This document shows positions 1-6,444 of a stretch of 8,901 nucleotides of DNA, piece by piece. The position numbers and the translations under genes were made by a program. Numbering within the stretch: the stretch's first letter is position 1; every line of letters begins with the position of its first letter. A model generated the notes under the pieces. That model made no database searches, had not been told where the DNA came from, and saw only the letters and a list, made by a program, of their open reading frames with translations. The stretch is from an uncultured Mycoplasma sp. (lineage in GTDB: Bacteria; Bacillota_I; Bacilli_A; RF39; UBA660): positions 13,856-22,756 of the forward strand of contig CAYSFJ010000014.1 of NCBI GenBank assembly GCA_964430785.1, in the 5' to 3' direction.

Positions 1-1717
1 ATGAATAAGGCATTGGGTTAGGCATTTCCATCTTAACTATCATAGGTATTTTAAAGGCACTACCAAATGATACACAAGTTCCTGGCTGAAGTGTTTTCTG
101 CTTTTCAATAATGTCAGCACTAATGTTAGGTAGCATTTCAGAAATATATTTAATATCAAGAGGGTGTGTCATTTTAAAGATTAAGAAATTTGAACATTGG
201 GCAATAACTGTATCAGATATTTCTACTGGTCTTTGAGAAATAATATCAAGAATTACACCATATTTTCTACCCTCTTTAGCAATACGATCAAATATGTTAT
301 AACCTAGTAAGAATGTATCATTATCTTTTTGAATATATCTATGGGCTTCTTCCAAAAACAAATGGAATGGAATACTTGCTCTTTGTTCAAGAGATTTAGA
401 ATAGTCAAATAAGAATTTACACATTATTTTTACAATAACTTTAGCATAAATATCATCAACATCCTCGAGGTTAATATTAATTATTTGAGCCTTTTTACCA
501 TTAAATGATTTTAAAGCATCAATAAATTCATTATTTGTATAGTGTTTAGTTCCATCAAAATAATTACCAACTTCACTATGAAGTATTGTAGTAAGTCTAA
601 CCTTTAATATTGAGGCATCATCAACAAGAGTATCATTATGTAAAAATCCTTCAGAAATTAGAGTAAACTCCAATGCTTTAGAATAATCAAGTAATGAATA
701 AAACGCATTTTCATCTGGTGCTAAGTTTTCTATTTCATCATTAATATTTTTTAAAATATATTCAGTAATTAAAACACTTTCTCCAAAATAACCATTTGAA
801 TCAATTTCAAAACATTCTGAAAAACTTCTTGTATAACCAAGTCCTTGAATAGTTGAATCAAAATTAAATTCAGGTGTATGACAAGTTTCAATGATTGTAA
901 ATATTTCATTTTTCTTTTGTGCAGTAGTCTCTGATGAGAATAATACGGCAAGTAAAGCTTTAGCAATTAAATGATTTTTATATTTTCTAGATTCTGGTGT
1001 ATCTGTTGCAAATATTTTAACAAGTTTTAATGTCCTTTCTAGTATTGGAAGTTGAGTATGTTTGCTCGCTTGTAAAAGTAATGCATAATCATCAAGTTTT
1101 AATAAGTTAACTGGTATTTTAAGAGGTACATCTGTTGCCTCTTTAGGATTAGTTGTAATAAACTTATAATTATATTCTGGATCAATTGTATTAATTGAAC
1201 TAAAAGCATTTTTATATTCGCCATAAGCATCAAAAATAAACATATTAGCATTTTTTACTTTAGCAAATTTATTTAAAAATATATTTTGAACCATTCTTGA
1301 TACACCACATGATTTACCAGAACCAGTATTACCAAATATTGCTAAATGATTTGAAAATAAATCATTTATACTAGGACATACTGTAAAGTTTTTATAAATA
1401 GCACTTTGGCCAAGAACAAAACTACTTTCAGAATAAGTACCCACAAGTGCCATTAATTCCTCACCATTAATTATTCTAATAGTCGAAGATAAAAGTGGTT
1501 TTCTTAGTACACCATTTAAAAACCTATTACCTTGATATTCTCCAAGGAAACGAATTTTAATTTCACTGCTGTTAACCTCAGTTATTTCTCCTAAAATTCT
1601 TTCACCATTACTTTCAAATATTACATGCATATTCATTAAATCTGCTTGAACATTACTTCCAGCTAGATTTTGAACATATGCCATACTATCACTAATATAA
1701 AGTATCTTACCAAACAT
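1..1717 (-). CDS. HerA/DUF87-family P-loop ATPase (FtsK-HerA superfamily); C-terminus runs off the left edge
   Basis: Not in the supplied ORF track because it is open at the window edge. My translation from ATG 1717..1715 stays open for 572 codons down to position 1 (MFGKILYISDSMAYVQNLAG...). It shows Walker A AIFGNTGSGKS, Walker B HLFLEEAHRY, and the HerA-type block EGRKYGVILDIISQRP...QCSNFLIFKM...PGTCVSFG...MPNPMPYS. An AGGA ribosome-binding site lies about 6 nt upstream and overlaps the serpin stop codon. Confidence 0.8.
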   Translation of the reverse strand, partial: MFGKILYISDSMAYVQNLAGSNVQADLMNMHVIFESNGERILGEITEVNSSEIKIRFLGEYQGNRFLNGVLRKPLLSSTIRIINGEELMALVGTYSESSFVLGQSAIYKNFTVCPSINDLFSNHLAIFGNTGSGKSCGVSRMVQNIFLNKFAKVKNANMFIFDAYGEYKNAFSSINTIDPEYNYKFITTNPKEATDVPLKIPVNLLKLDDYALLLQASKHTQLPILERTLKLVKIFATDTPESRKYKNHLIAKALLAVLFSSETTAQKKNEIFTIIETCHTPEFNFDSTIQGLGYTRSFSECFEIDSNGYFGESVLITEYILKNINDEIENLAPDENAFYSLLDYSKALEFTLISEGFLHNDTLVDDASILKVRLTTILHSEVGNYFDGTKHYTNNEFIDALKSFNGKKAQIININLEDVDDIYAKVIVKIMCKFLFDYSKSLEQRASIPFHLFLEEAHRYIQKDNDTFLLGYNIFDRIAKEGRKYGVILDIISQRPVEISDTVIAQCSNFLIFKMTHPLDIKYISEMLPNISADIIEKQKTLQPGTCVSFGSAFKIPMIVKMEMPNPMPYS

Positions 1718-1725
1718 AATTTTTC

Positions 1726-2901
1726 CTACCCTTCACACACATCTTTATTTTCATCATACTCTATAGGATCATATATAGTGCCCATAAAATAAATATTGTT
1801 ACTTCCCTTTTTTCTAATTAAATATACAAATGGTTTATCAAAATTGACATATTTTATTTCCTCAACAGTGGCAGAACTAGTACCATAAGTATTTCCAGTA
1901 GCCGCAGCTGCTTTAGTACCTGTTTCCATAAAATCTATATAAGTTTTTTGTATTATACTGCTAACATAAATATCATCTGCTATACCTTTTAAATTAGCTT
2001 TTTCTTTATCAAACATATCTTTAACTCCAAGATTTAATAAAATACCTTCTAAATTATCTACAACATATTCATATTTAAATCTAGGTATTGCTATCTTTGC
2101 ATAATCACTTGTAATAGAATTATTTATTACATCATTTGACAAATTATTAATTACATCACTAACATCATTTTTAGGAAGAAGTGCTATAAATTCAAATTGT
2201 GTATCATCAGAAAGTTTTTCATAATTTTTAATAAATCCAGTATAATAATCACTTTCTATATATATTTCTTCAGAGGACATCATATAAACATTTTTATCTA
2301 AAAATTTACCATTATATGTTTTATTACAATCAAAAGTATCTTCCCATTTAAAATTAATACCAATAGCATTTAACAAAGCCATGACAGTATCAGAGTTAAT
2401 ACTTTCATCCGAAAATAATTGATTTATCATTCCATATGTCTTTTGAGAAACCCAATTATTTATATTACTGACATTATCAAAATTATCATATATTAGCTCA
2501 CTATAATAATTAATTTTTAATGCATTACTATATGAACTATTAATATCATTTTTATATTTATTATTAATCCAGATACTATTAGCCATTGATATTTTACCTT
2601 CAATATTTTCCATGGCTTGTAATTCATAATTATCAAGAGCAATATTAAGTTCAGATAAAGTGTTTTCTTTTGCACCACTTTGAATCATTGATAATACATA
2701 TGCTAAAGATATTGGACTTACTAAACTATTATTATTAATATCTATTTGTTTTATAAATTTATAATCAAAATTATTATTTTTATTAACAGAAATAGTAGGT
2801 GTAGAAATTTCTTTCTTATTATGCACTATATAACCAGTTAATAAAAATATACTACATATCAAAAGAGCTCCAATTACAAATAATAATTCTTTTTTTTTCA
2901 T
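1726..2901 (-). CDS. Serpin-family protease inhibitor with N-terminal signal/membrane anchor
   Basis: 391-aa ORF. The N-terminus MKKKELLFVIGALLICSIFLLTGYIV is hydrophobic. The serpin N-terminal signature is SPISLAYVLSMIQSGAKENTLSEL. The hinge and reactive-centre loop read ETGTKAAAATGNTYGTSSATVEE, followed by FDKPFVYLIRK...IYFMGTIYDP. An AGGA RBS lies 7 nt upstream of the ATG. Confidence 0.9.
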   Translation of the reverse strand: MKKKELLFVIGALLICSIFLLTGYIVHNKKEISTPTISVNKNNNFDYKFIKQIDINNNSLVSPISLAYVLSMIQSGAKENTLSELNIALDNYELQAMENIEGKISMANSIWINNKYKNDINSSYSNALKINYYSELIYDNFDNVSNINNWVSQKTYGMINQLFSDESINSDTVMALLNAIGINFKWEDTFDCNKTYNGKFLDKNVYMMSSEEIYIESDYYTGFIKNYEKLSDDTQFEFIALLPKNDVSDVINNLSNDVINNSITSDYAKIAIPRFKYEYVVDNLEGILLNLGVKDMFDKEKANLKGIADDIYVSSIIQKTYIDFMETGTKAAAATGNTYGTSSATVEEIKYVNFDKPFVYLIRKKGSNNIYFMGTIYDPIEYDENKDVCEG

Positions 2902-2927
2902 AAAACCATCCTACTCTCTACTATTAA

Positions 2928-2956
2928 ATTTTATCATAAAATATATATAAAAACAA
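2928..2956 (-). promoter_or_regulatory. Candidate sigma-70-type promoter for the serpin/HerA transcription unit
   Basis: Minus strand reads TTGTTT (2956..2951), a 17-nt spacer, then a TG-extended -10 TGATAAAAT (-10 hexamer 2933..2928). It lies between the upstream terminator and the serpin RBS. Such matches are common by chance in AT-rich DNA. Confidence 0.3.
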
Positions 2957-2975
2957 TTATCAGAAACTATAATTT

Positions 2976-3007
2976 AAAAAAATCGGCTTCACAAAGCGAA
3001 GCACGAT
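2976..3007 (-). terminator. Rho-independent terminator / conserved GC-rich hairpin immediately after target gene 1
   Basis: Minus strand reads ATCG-T-GCTTCGC-TTT-GTGAAGC-CGAT followed by TTTTTTT. The stem is 2982..2990 paired with 2998..3007, and the T-run is 2976..2982. It starts directly after the TAA stop at 3008..3010. A near-identical copy occurs at 6548..6573. Confidence 0.7.
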
Positions 3008-4141
3008 TTAACTTCCAAGAATTATCTTATATGGATTACCCTCAGAACCATCTCCTGATATAACATATACATTAGATTTAAGATATAAGACTGGCCTAAC
3101 TGCAAAACCGCGATACGCAATGTCGCTGTAGAGACCGCCATCGTTGTCGACGTTAACAGGGCTTGAAGCATTGTAAGCTGTCATTGTCCATTCATATCCT
3201 TTTGTAAATAACCAATTGTTTTTATAACTGCTATTCATTGCATAACCATAATCACTTGCATACATTAAACCGACCTTTAAAGTAGTACTTGTTTGACTAG
3301 TTTTTTCTTTCTCATATTGAGTTTTACCGGTAGTTGTTGATGAACTACCATCAAAACCAATATTCCAATATATCCCATCATATATCATATTATAATAATC
3401 TCCACTTGAGGCTATACCATTTTCAGTATAATCACATTTGGCAACTGGTTTATATGAACTAGTGTAACATGAATAGCAATACGCTGCACAAGTAGTATTA
3501 TTTCTACTATTAATTTGGCCTAAAAAGCATTCATTTAAATTTTTTTGAATTGTGCTTCCAACCCAAGTAGAACTAGATGTTGTATTTGCATTATATGAAA
3601 GTCCTCCTATTGAATCATTTCTTATTATTTTAACAAGTCCATTATTATTCCAAGTTGAACAAGTTCCATCGGTATTTATAGCTGTACATACTGGAGTTTT
3701 ACCAATTATTCTATAAAGCTCACCATTATACCAAATATAATTATTAGGGTTATTTCCTTTATATCTAACTCCATAATCTGATTTATATAAAAGCCCATTT
3801 CCACTTACAACTCCATCCGTACTTGTTGTATTAACTACATTAGAAAGAAGTTTAGGACTACTTGTAAATGATACATTACAACTTACATTTCCAGTAATAT
3901 TTTTAATATCTAATTTCCAATTATCAATATCCCATACTCCATCAGCATTATCACAGTTTATATCTATTTGATATAAACCTTTACTAGGAAATGTATTAGA
4001 TACTTTACCATCAACAAGTAAAGCAATAGTACTTCCATTATAACCAAATGTCTTTTTAGGTTTATTACTAATTACTAATAAAGTACATATCATTATAACA
4101 ATTAATATTGTACATATAATAATCTTCTTATTATTTTTCAT
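3008..4141 (-). CDS. DGR variable (target) protein 1: N-terminal membrane anchor, Cys-rich C-terminal putative C-type-lectin-fold domain carrying VR1
   Basis: 377-aa ORF with a TM/signal anchor KKIIICTILIVIMICTLLVI. The C-terminal module (NPNNYIWYNGELYRIIG...VGLMYASDYGYA...NNWLF..EWTMTAY) is paralogous to the one in 6581..8290. VR1 encodes ASSPVNVDNDGGLYSDIAYRGFAV. The start overlaps the stop of the upstream ORF (ATGAAAAATAA). Confidence 0.9.
   Translation of the reverse strand: MKNNKKIIICTILIVIMICTLLVISNKPKKTFGYNGSTIALLVDGKVSNTFPSKGLYQIDINCDNADGVWDIDNWKLDIKNITGNVSCNVSFTSSPKLLSNVVNTTSTDGVVSGNGLLYKSDYGVRYKGNNPNNYIWYNGELYRIIGKTPVCTAINTDGTCSTWNNNGLVKIIRNDSIGGLSYNANTTSSSTWVGSTIQKNLNECFLGQINSRNNTTCAAYCYSCYTSSYKPVAKCDYTENGIASSGDYYNMIYDGIYWNIGFDGSSSTTTGKTQYEKEKTSQTSTTLKVGLMYASDYGYAMNSSYKNNWLFTKGYEWTMTAYNASSPVNVDNDGGLYSDIAYRGFAVRPVLYLKSNVYVISGDGSEGNPYKIILGS
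3098..3170 (-). repeat. DGR variable repeat VR1
   Basis: Aligns without gaps to the TR (4558..4630, offset 1460). There are 11 mismatches, each at a plus-strand T of the TR, which is an A on the coding strand. They fall at TR positions 4565, 4571, 4572, 4580, 4584, 4586, 4590, 4594, 4602, 4608 and 4622. Confidence 0.92.
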
Positions 4142-4400
4142 TTAATAACCTTCTTTCTAATATATTAATTAAATTTACTTTGAAATAATAATTTAAATAA
4201 TTATTATTTTCATATTCCTTTTTTACTATAATATCTAACTTATCTAATATTATATAATTAGTTTCATACTTATTTAAATTTTTATTTATATAATTAAATA
4301 TTAACTTATCTTCATCAAAAGTATAATATTTATTATTTTTAATTATTAATATTAAATAATTTTGATAAATATGTTTTAAAACATTATATCTTTCTTTCAT
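4131..4400 (-). CDS. Small MutS-domain-I-like (MSL-like) protein, truncated paralog of 6072..6392
   Basis: 89 aa. YNVLKHIYQNYLILIIKNNKYYTFDEDKLIFNYI matches the pattern of the E. coli MutS N-terminus ([37 protein letters not shown], from memory). It also matches the paralog's FLILYKNHGKFYQCRDMDAYIMNLL. The stop overlaps the target-1 start, suggesting translational coupling. No clear Shine-Dalgarno sequence was seen. Confidence 0.55.
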   Translation of the reverse strand: MKERYNVLKHIYQNYLILIIKNNKYYTFDEDKLIFNYINKNLNKYETNYIILDKLDIIVKKEYENNNYLNYYFKVNLINILERRLLNEK

Positions 4401-4411
4401 ATTATTTTATT

Positions 4412-4452
4412 AGATGTCGATAGAAAGAGTACGTATACTCTTTCGTCCATCT
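4412..4452 (-). other. Strong imperfect hairpin in the non-coding spacer downstream of the TR
   Basis: A 9-bp stem pairs gaaagagta (4423..4431) with tactctttc (4436..4444) around the loop cgta. An outer 5-bp stem pairs agatg (4412..4416) with catct (4448..4452), with 2 more bp across the internal loop. No T-run follows on the minus strand, so it does not look like a classical terminator. Confidence 0.45.
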
Positions 4453-4557
4453 ATTATCTTTTAAAAGTATAACTTTTAAGGAAAGTTTATGTTTCTTATG
4501 CTTAACACTTTATAGCCATAACCATAAAACCTAAACCAAACATAAGAAGCTCTAAAA

Positions 4558-4630
4558 AACTGCATAACCGTTATACGCATTGTTGTTGTTGAGTCCGCCA
4601 TTGTTGTTGACGTTAACAGGGTTTGAAGCA
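4558..4630 (-). repeat. DGR template repeat (TR), non-coding
   Basis: Coding-sense sequence is GGTGCTTCAAACCCTGTTAACGTCAACAACAATGGCGGACTCAACAACAACAATGCGTATAACGGTTATGCAGTT. In the VR frame it reads G A S N P V N V N N N G G L N N N N A Y N G Y A V. It has 25 adenines, 20 of them in 10 AAC/AAT codons. It matches both VRs except at adenines. It begins 32 nt after the RT stop codon. Confidence 0.92.
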
Positions 4631-4662
4631 CCTTTTTTCTAAAAAACTTCCCTATATTTATA

Positions 4663-5724
4663 TTAATAGTACCTATCAATAATATGTTTTATTTTATCTT
4701 TATTTACAAAACTATAACTATGTAAATAATTTTCTAAAGAATAAAAATATTTTTCAAATGTAATCATATTATTTTGATACCTATAAATATCTTTCTTAAT
4801 ACCTTTTTTTATATTATTTCTTGCACTTTTACTTAAATTAATAATAGTTTTATTATTAATTATTCTAAAATTATAACCTAGAAAATCAAATCCATTTTTT
4901 AAGTTTACAATATAAGTTTTCTTTTCATTTATTTCTAAATTATAGGAATGAATAAAATCTATAATTTTATTTTTACATATTTTCAAATAATCTAAATCAT
5001 TTGAAAATATTACATAATCATCCATATATGAAAGCATATATTTTAAATGTAAATTATGAATTATATAATGATGTAATTTATATAAATAAAATATAGCAAA
5101 AAATTGTTGTACTTGGCCTCCTAAAGAAAGACCAACATCTTTTTTATATCTAGGTAATTTTTCATTAACGTTTTTTTCTAATACAACTATTTTATCATTA
5201 ATATAATCATAGTTAGTGCTATCAATTATTTTGCAAACTAAGTTATATTCTTCACTAGTTAAATCATTTATTATTAAAGATTTTAAAATATTATGATCAA
5301 TAGAATAAAAATATTTTTTTATATCAATTTTTAATACATAAATATCTTTATTACAGTGTTTTAGCTTTTCAATATCAGAAAGTAATAAGTTAATAGCATA
5401 TGTTAATCCCATACCCTTTCTTGTTGCAGTTATTTCCTTACACAAGTATTTTGAAAGTTTGGGAATCAAAATATATTTTGCTACATAATGATTAATAATT
5501 TTATTAATTATACTTTCACTCATAACAACTCTAACTTTTGGTTCTCTTACTACGAAAATATTATAACTACTACCTTGATATAAGCCATTTTCTAAAATAT
5601 TTATTATATAAACTAAATACTCTATTTTACATTTTTCAAATGCAAGAATTTTCTTTCTATTTTTCACTCCTTTCAATATTTCATTATTATATATATCTAA
5701 TAAATCACTTATTTTTACTATCAT
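4663..5724 (-). CDS. DGR reverse transcriptase
   Basis: 353 aa. RT motifs seen: KVRVVMSESIINKIINHYVAKYIL (motifs 1/2), YVLKIDIKKYFYSIDHNIL (motif 3), GLSLGGQVQQFFAIFYL (motif 4, DGR-type I/LGxxxSQ with S replaced by Q), SYMDDYVIFS (catalytic YxDD) and INEKKTYIV..GFDFLGYNF (motifs 6/7). The start overlaps the avd 3' end by 20 nt, and the TR lies immediately downstream. Confidence 0.95.
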   Translation of the reverse strand: MIVKISDLLDIYNNEILKGVKNRKKILAFEKCKIEYLVYIINILENGLYQGSSYNIFVVREPKVRVVMSESIINKIINHYVAKYILIPKLSKYLCKEITATRKGMGLTYAINLLLSDIEKLKHCNKDIYVLKIDIKKYFYSIDHNILKSLIINDLTSEEYNLVCKIIDSTNYDYINDKIVVLEKNVNEKLPRYKKDVGLSLGGQVQQFFAIFYLYKLHHYIIHNLHLKYMLSYMDDYVIFSNDLDYLKICKNKIIDFIHSYNLEINEKKTYIVNLKNGFDFLGYNFRIINNKTIINLSKSARNNIKKGIKKDIYRYQNNMITFEKYFYSLENYLHSYSFVNKDKIKHIIDRYY

Positions 5725-6088
5725 AGTCTATCTTATTATCTAACCATTTATTACACATTCGATTTATTTCAGACAACTTATATGAAACTTTTTTTAATGA
5801 TGTTTCAGCAATATAACCTTTAATAAATAATCTTTCTATAATGTAATCAATAGTATTTATAAGTGCATTTATTTCTACTTTATATGAACTTATTAATTTA
5901 TAATTATCTTCATTATTAGTTTTATTTATAAAATACAATAATTCTATAGATAACTCCTTTAATTTATTTTTATAAAAATAATCTTTTTTAGGAATATTTT
6001 CTATTATCTTATCTAGAATATTCATAAAATCTTTATACTTAGTTAGTATTAAAAATTCTTTAGATGATGCATTATTTTCTAAGTTCAT
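5705..6088 (-). CDS. avd: Avd (accessory variability determinant), four-helix-bundle family
   Basis: 127 aa, a typical Avd size, located directly upstream of and overlapping the RT. ILTKYKDFMNILDKIIENIPKKDYF resembles the Bordetella phage bAvd segment ending in IPRKH (from memory). LSEINRMCNKWLDN resembles the bAvd C-terminal helix. The C-terminal tail is basic. Confidence 0.8.
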   Translation of the reverse strand: MNLENNASSKEFLILTKYKDFMNILDKIIENIPKKDYFYKNKLKELSIELLYFINKTNNEDNYKLISSYKVEINALINTIDYIIERLFIKGYIAETSLKKVSYKLSEINRMCNKWLDNKIDYDSKNK

Positions 6089-6392
6089 TTTCTATTAAAC
6101 CTATTATTTGTTCAAGTTTTTCATTTGAGCATTTATTTAAATTATCAATTAAATAATCTAATCTTTTCCTTTTATCTAAATTTTTTAATGCTAAATCTAA
6201 ATATTTTGGATAATTATTTAGTTTATCAAAATTCTTAATAACAGGATTTTTATCTACCTCAATAATTTGATAAGATATTTTAGCATCTTCCAAAGTATTT
6301 AAAACTTTTACTAAACTATTATCAGGAAATCCACATAAACCATCTTTGAGTACCTTATAACCAAATAGTAAATTCATAATATAAGCATCCAT
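6072..6392 (-). CDS. MutS-domain-I-like (MSL-like) DGR accessory protein; the ORF as called is 5'-truncated by a frame break
   Basis: LLFGYKVLKDGLCGFPDNSLVKVLNTLEDAKISYQIIE matches the pattern of MutS domain I (LLDISLTKRG...[29 protein letters not shown]). The homologous reading frame continues upstream of ATG 6392 (…NVKSFLILYKNHGKFYQCRD-MDAY…) with no start codon until a TAA at 6468..6470. An RBS-preceded ATG at 6510 lies in a different frame. Confidence 0.7.
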   Translation of the reverse strand: MDAYIMNLLFGYKVLKDGLCGFPDNSLVKVLNTLEDAKISYQIIEVDKNPVIKNFDKLNNYPKYLDLALKNLDKRKRLDYLIDNLNKCSNEKLEQIIGLIENELRK

Positions 6393-6444
6393 ATCTCTAC
6401 ATTGATAAAATTTACCATGATTTTTATAAAGTATTAGAAATGAC

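Noticed and set aside
769-966. 65-aa minus-strand ORF from the track
   Set aside because: It lies in an alternative frame entirely inside the long open HerA-like reading frame (1..1717), which has clear ATPase motifs. It is a low-complexity, AT-driven ORF.
4631-4662. Possible 5' extension of the TR into the A/T-rich stretch between the RT stop and the TR
   Set aside because: Mismatches to the VR flanks there occur at non-adenine template positions (for example TR G versus VR A). The corresponding VR flanks are identical to each other rather than diversified.
4476-4679. 67-aa minus-strand ORF from the track that covers the TR
   Set aside because: It reads the TR in a different frame from the VR frame. 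It has no RBS and overlaps the RT stop. The region is better explained as the non-coding TR plus spacer RNA, so the open frame is incidental.
4663-5724. Alternative identities for the RT: retron, group II intron, Abi/defence-associated RT
   Set aside because: No intron RNA domains or maturase/endonuclease extensions are present, and there is no msr/msd-like repeat structure. The Avd gene and the TR with two adenine-mismatched VRs specifically diagnose a DGR.
5538-5726. 62-aa plus-strand ORF
   Set aside because: It is antisense to the RT gene. It is a hydrophobic, low-complexity translation typical of AT-rich antisense frames, with no RBS or homology signal.
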